A DNA stretch of 36,321 nt. It comes from Actinobacteria bacterium RBG_16_64_13. Its GTDB lineage: Bacteria; Actinomycetota; Thermoleophilia; RBG-16-64-13. Positions 36,242 to 36,321 of this stretch are shown here, piece after piece. The notes beneath the pieces were generated by a model. It did not search any database. It worked only from the letters and a program-made list of their open reading frames with translations, and had not been told where the DNA came from. The translations under genes were made by a program, and so were the position numbers. The stretch is from NCBI GenBank assembly GCA_001768675.1, contig MELN01000020.1, forward strand, positions 42,666 to 78,986. The letters run 5' to 3'. How positions within the stretch are numbered: the first letter of the stretch is position 1; each line of letters starts with the position of its first letter.

Positions 36242-36321
36242 ATGAAAGTCAGAGCGTCGGTAAAACCGATGTGCGAAAAGTGCAAGATAGTGCGGCGGCG
36301 GGGCGTGGTTCTGGTCATCTG
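36242..36321 (+). CDS. rpmJ: 50S ribosomal protein L36, 5' part only (truncated by the window end)
   Basis: Read by eye as [27 protein letters not shown]..., the zinc-binding form. It runs off the right edge. Confidence 0.9.
   Translation, partial: [26 protein letters not shown]

Overview
This is a high-GC bacterial chromosomal segment. Gene order and the RpoB/RpoC sequences look Actinomycetota-like or like a related Gram-positive lineage, but that is my impression by eye, not a computed placement.

The left ~7 kb is a metabolic/accessory neighbourhood:
- an apparent operon encoding a cytoplasmic two-subunit molybdopterin enzyme that resembles pyrogallol-phloroglucinol transhydroxylase (AthL/BthL type), followed by a thiolase
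- a convergent stand-alone B3/B4-domain gene
- a divergent LarA-family (nickel-pincer cofactor) racemase/epimerase homologue

From ~7.1 kb to the right edge everything lies on the + strand and forms the core transcription/translation super-cluster:
- tRNA-Tyr, tRNA-Thr, tRNA-Met, rpmG, tRNA-Trp
- secE-nusG, rplK-rplA, rplJ-rplL, rpoB-rpoC
- rpsL-rpsG-fusA-tuf, then the S10 and spc clusters
- secY-adk-map-infA and the 5' part of rpmJ

I saw no CRISPR array, transposase, integrase, toxin-antitoxin pair or recognisable defence genes, and I cannot support a wholly new multi-gene system here.

The observations most worth a second look are:
1. an RNA polymerase alpha-CTD-like helix-hairpin-helix domain fused to the C-terminus of RpoC, with acidic tails on both RpoB and RpoC
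2. a 180-nt insert between rplF and rplR whose ends pair into a long helix, in an otherwise tightly packed spc operon
3. the transhydroxylase-like operon itself
4. a 1-nt frame disruption in essential rplE, probably an assembly indel
5. an 88-nt hairpin running exactly from stop codon to stop codon between two convergent genes

All similarity statements rest on reading the translations and on remembered family motifs. No searches or alignments were run.
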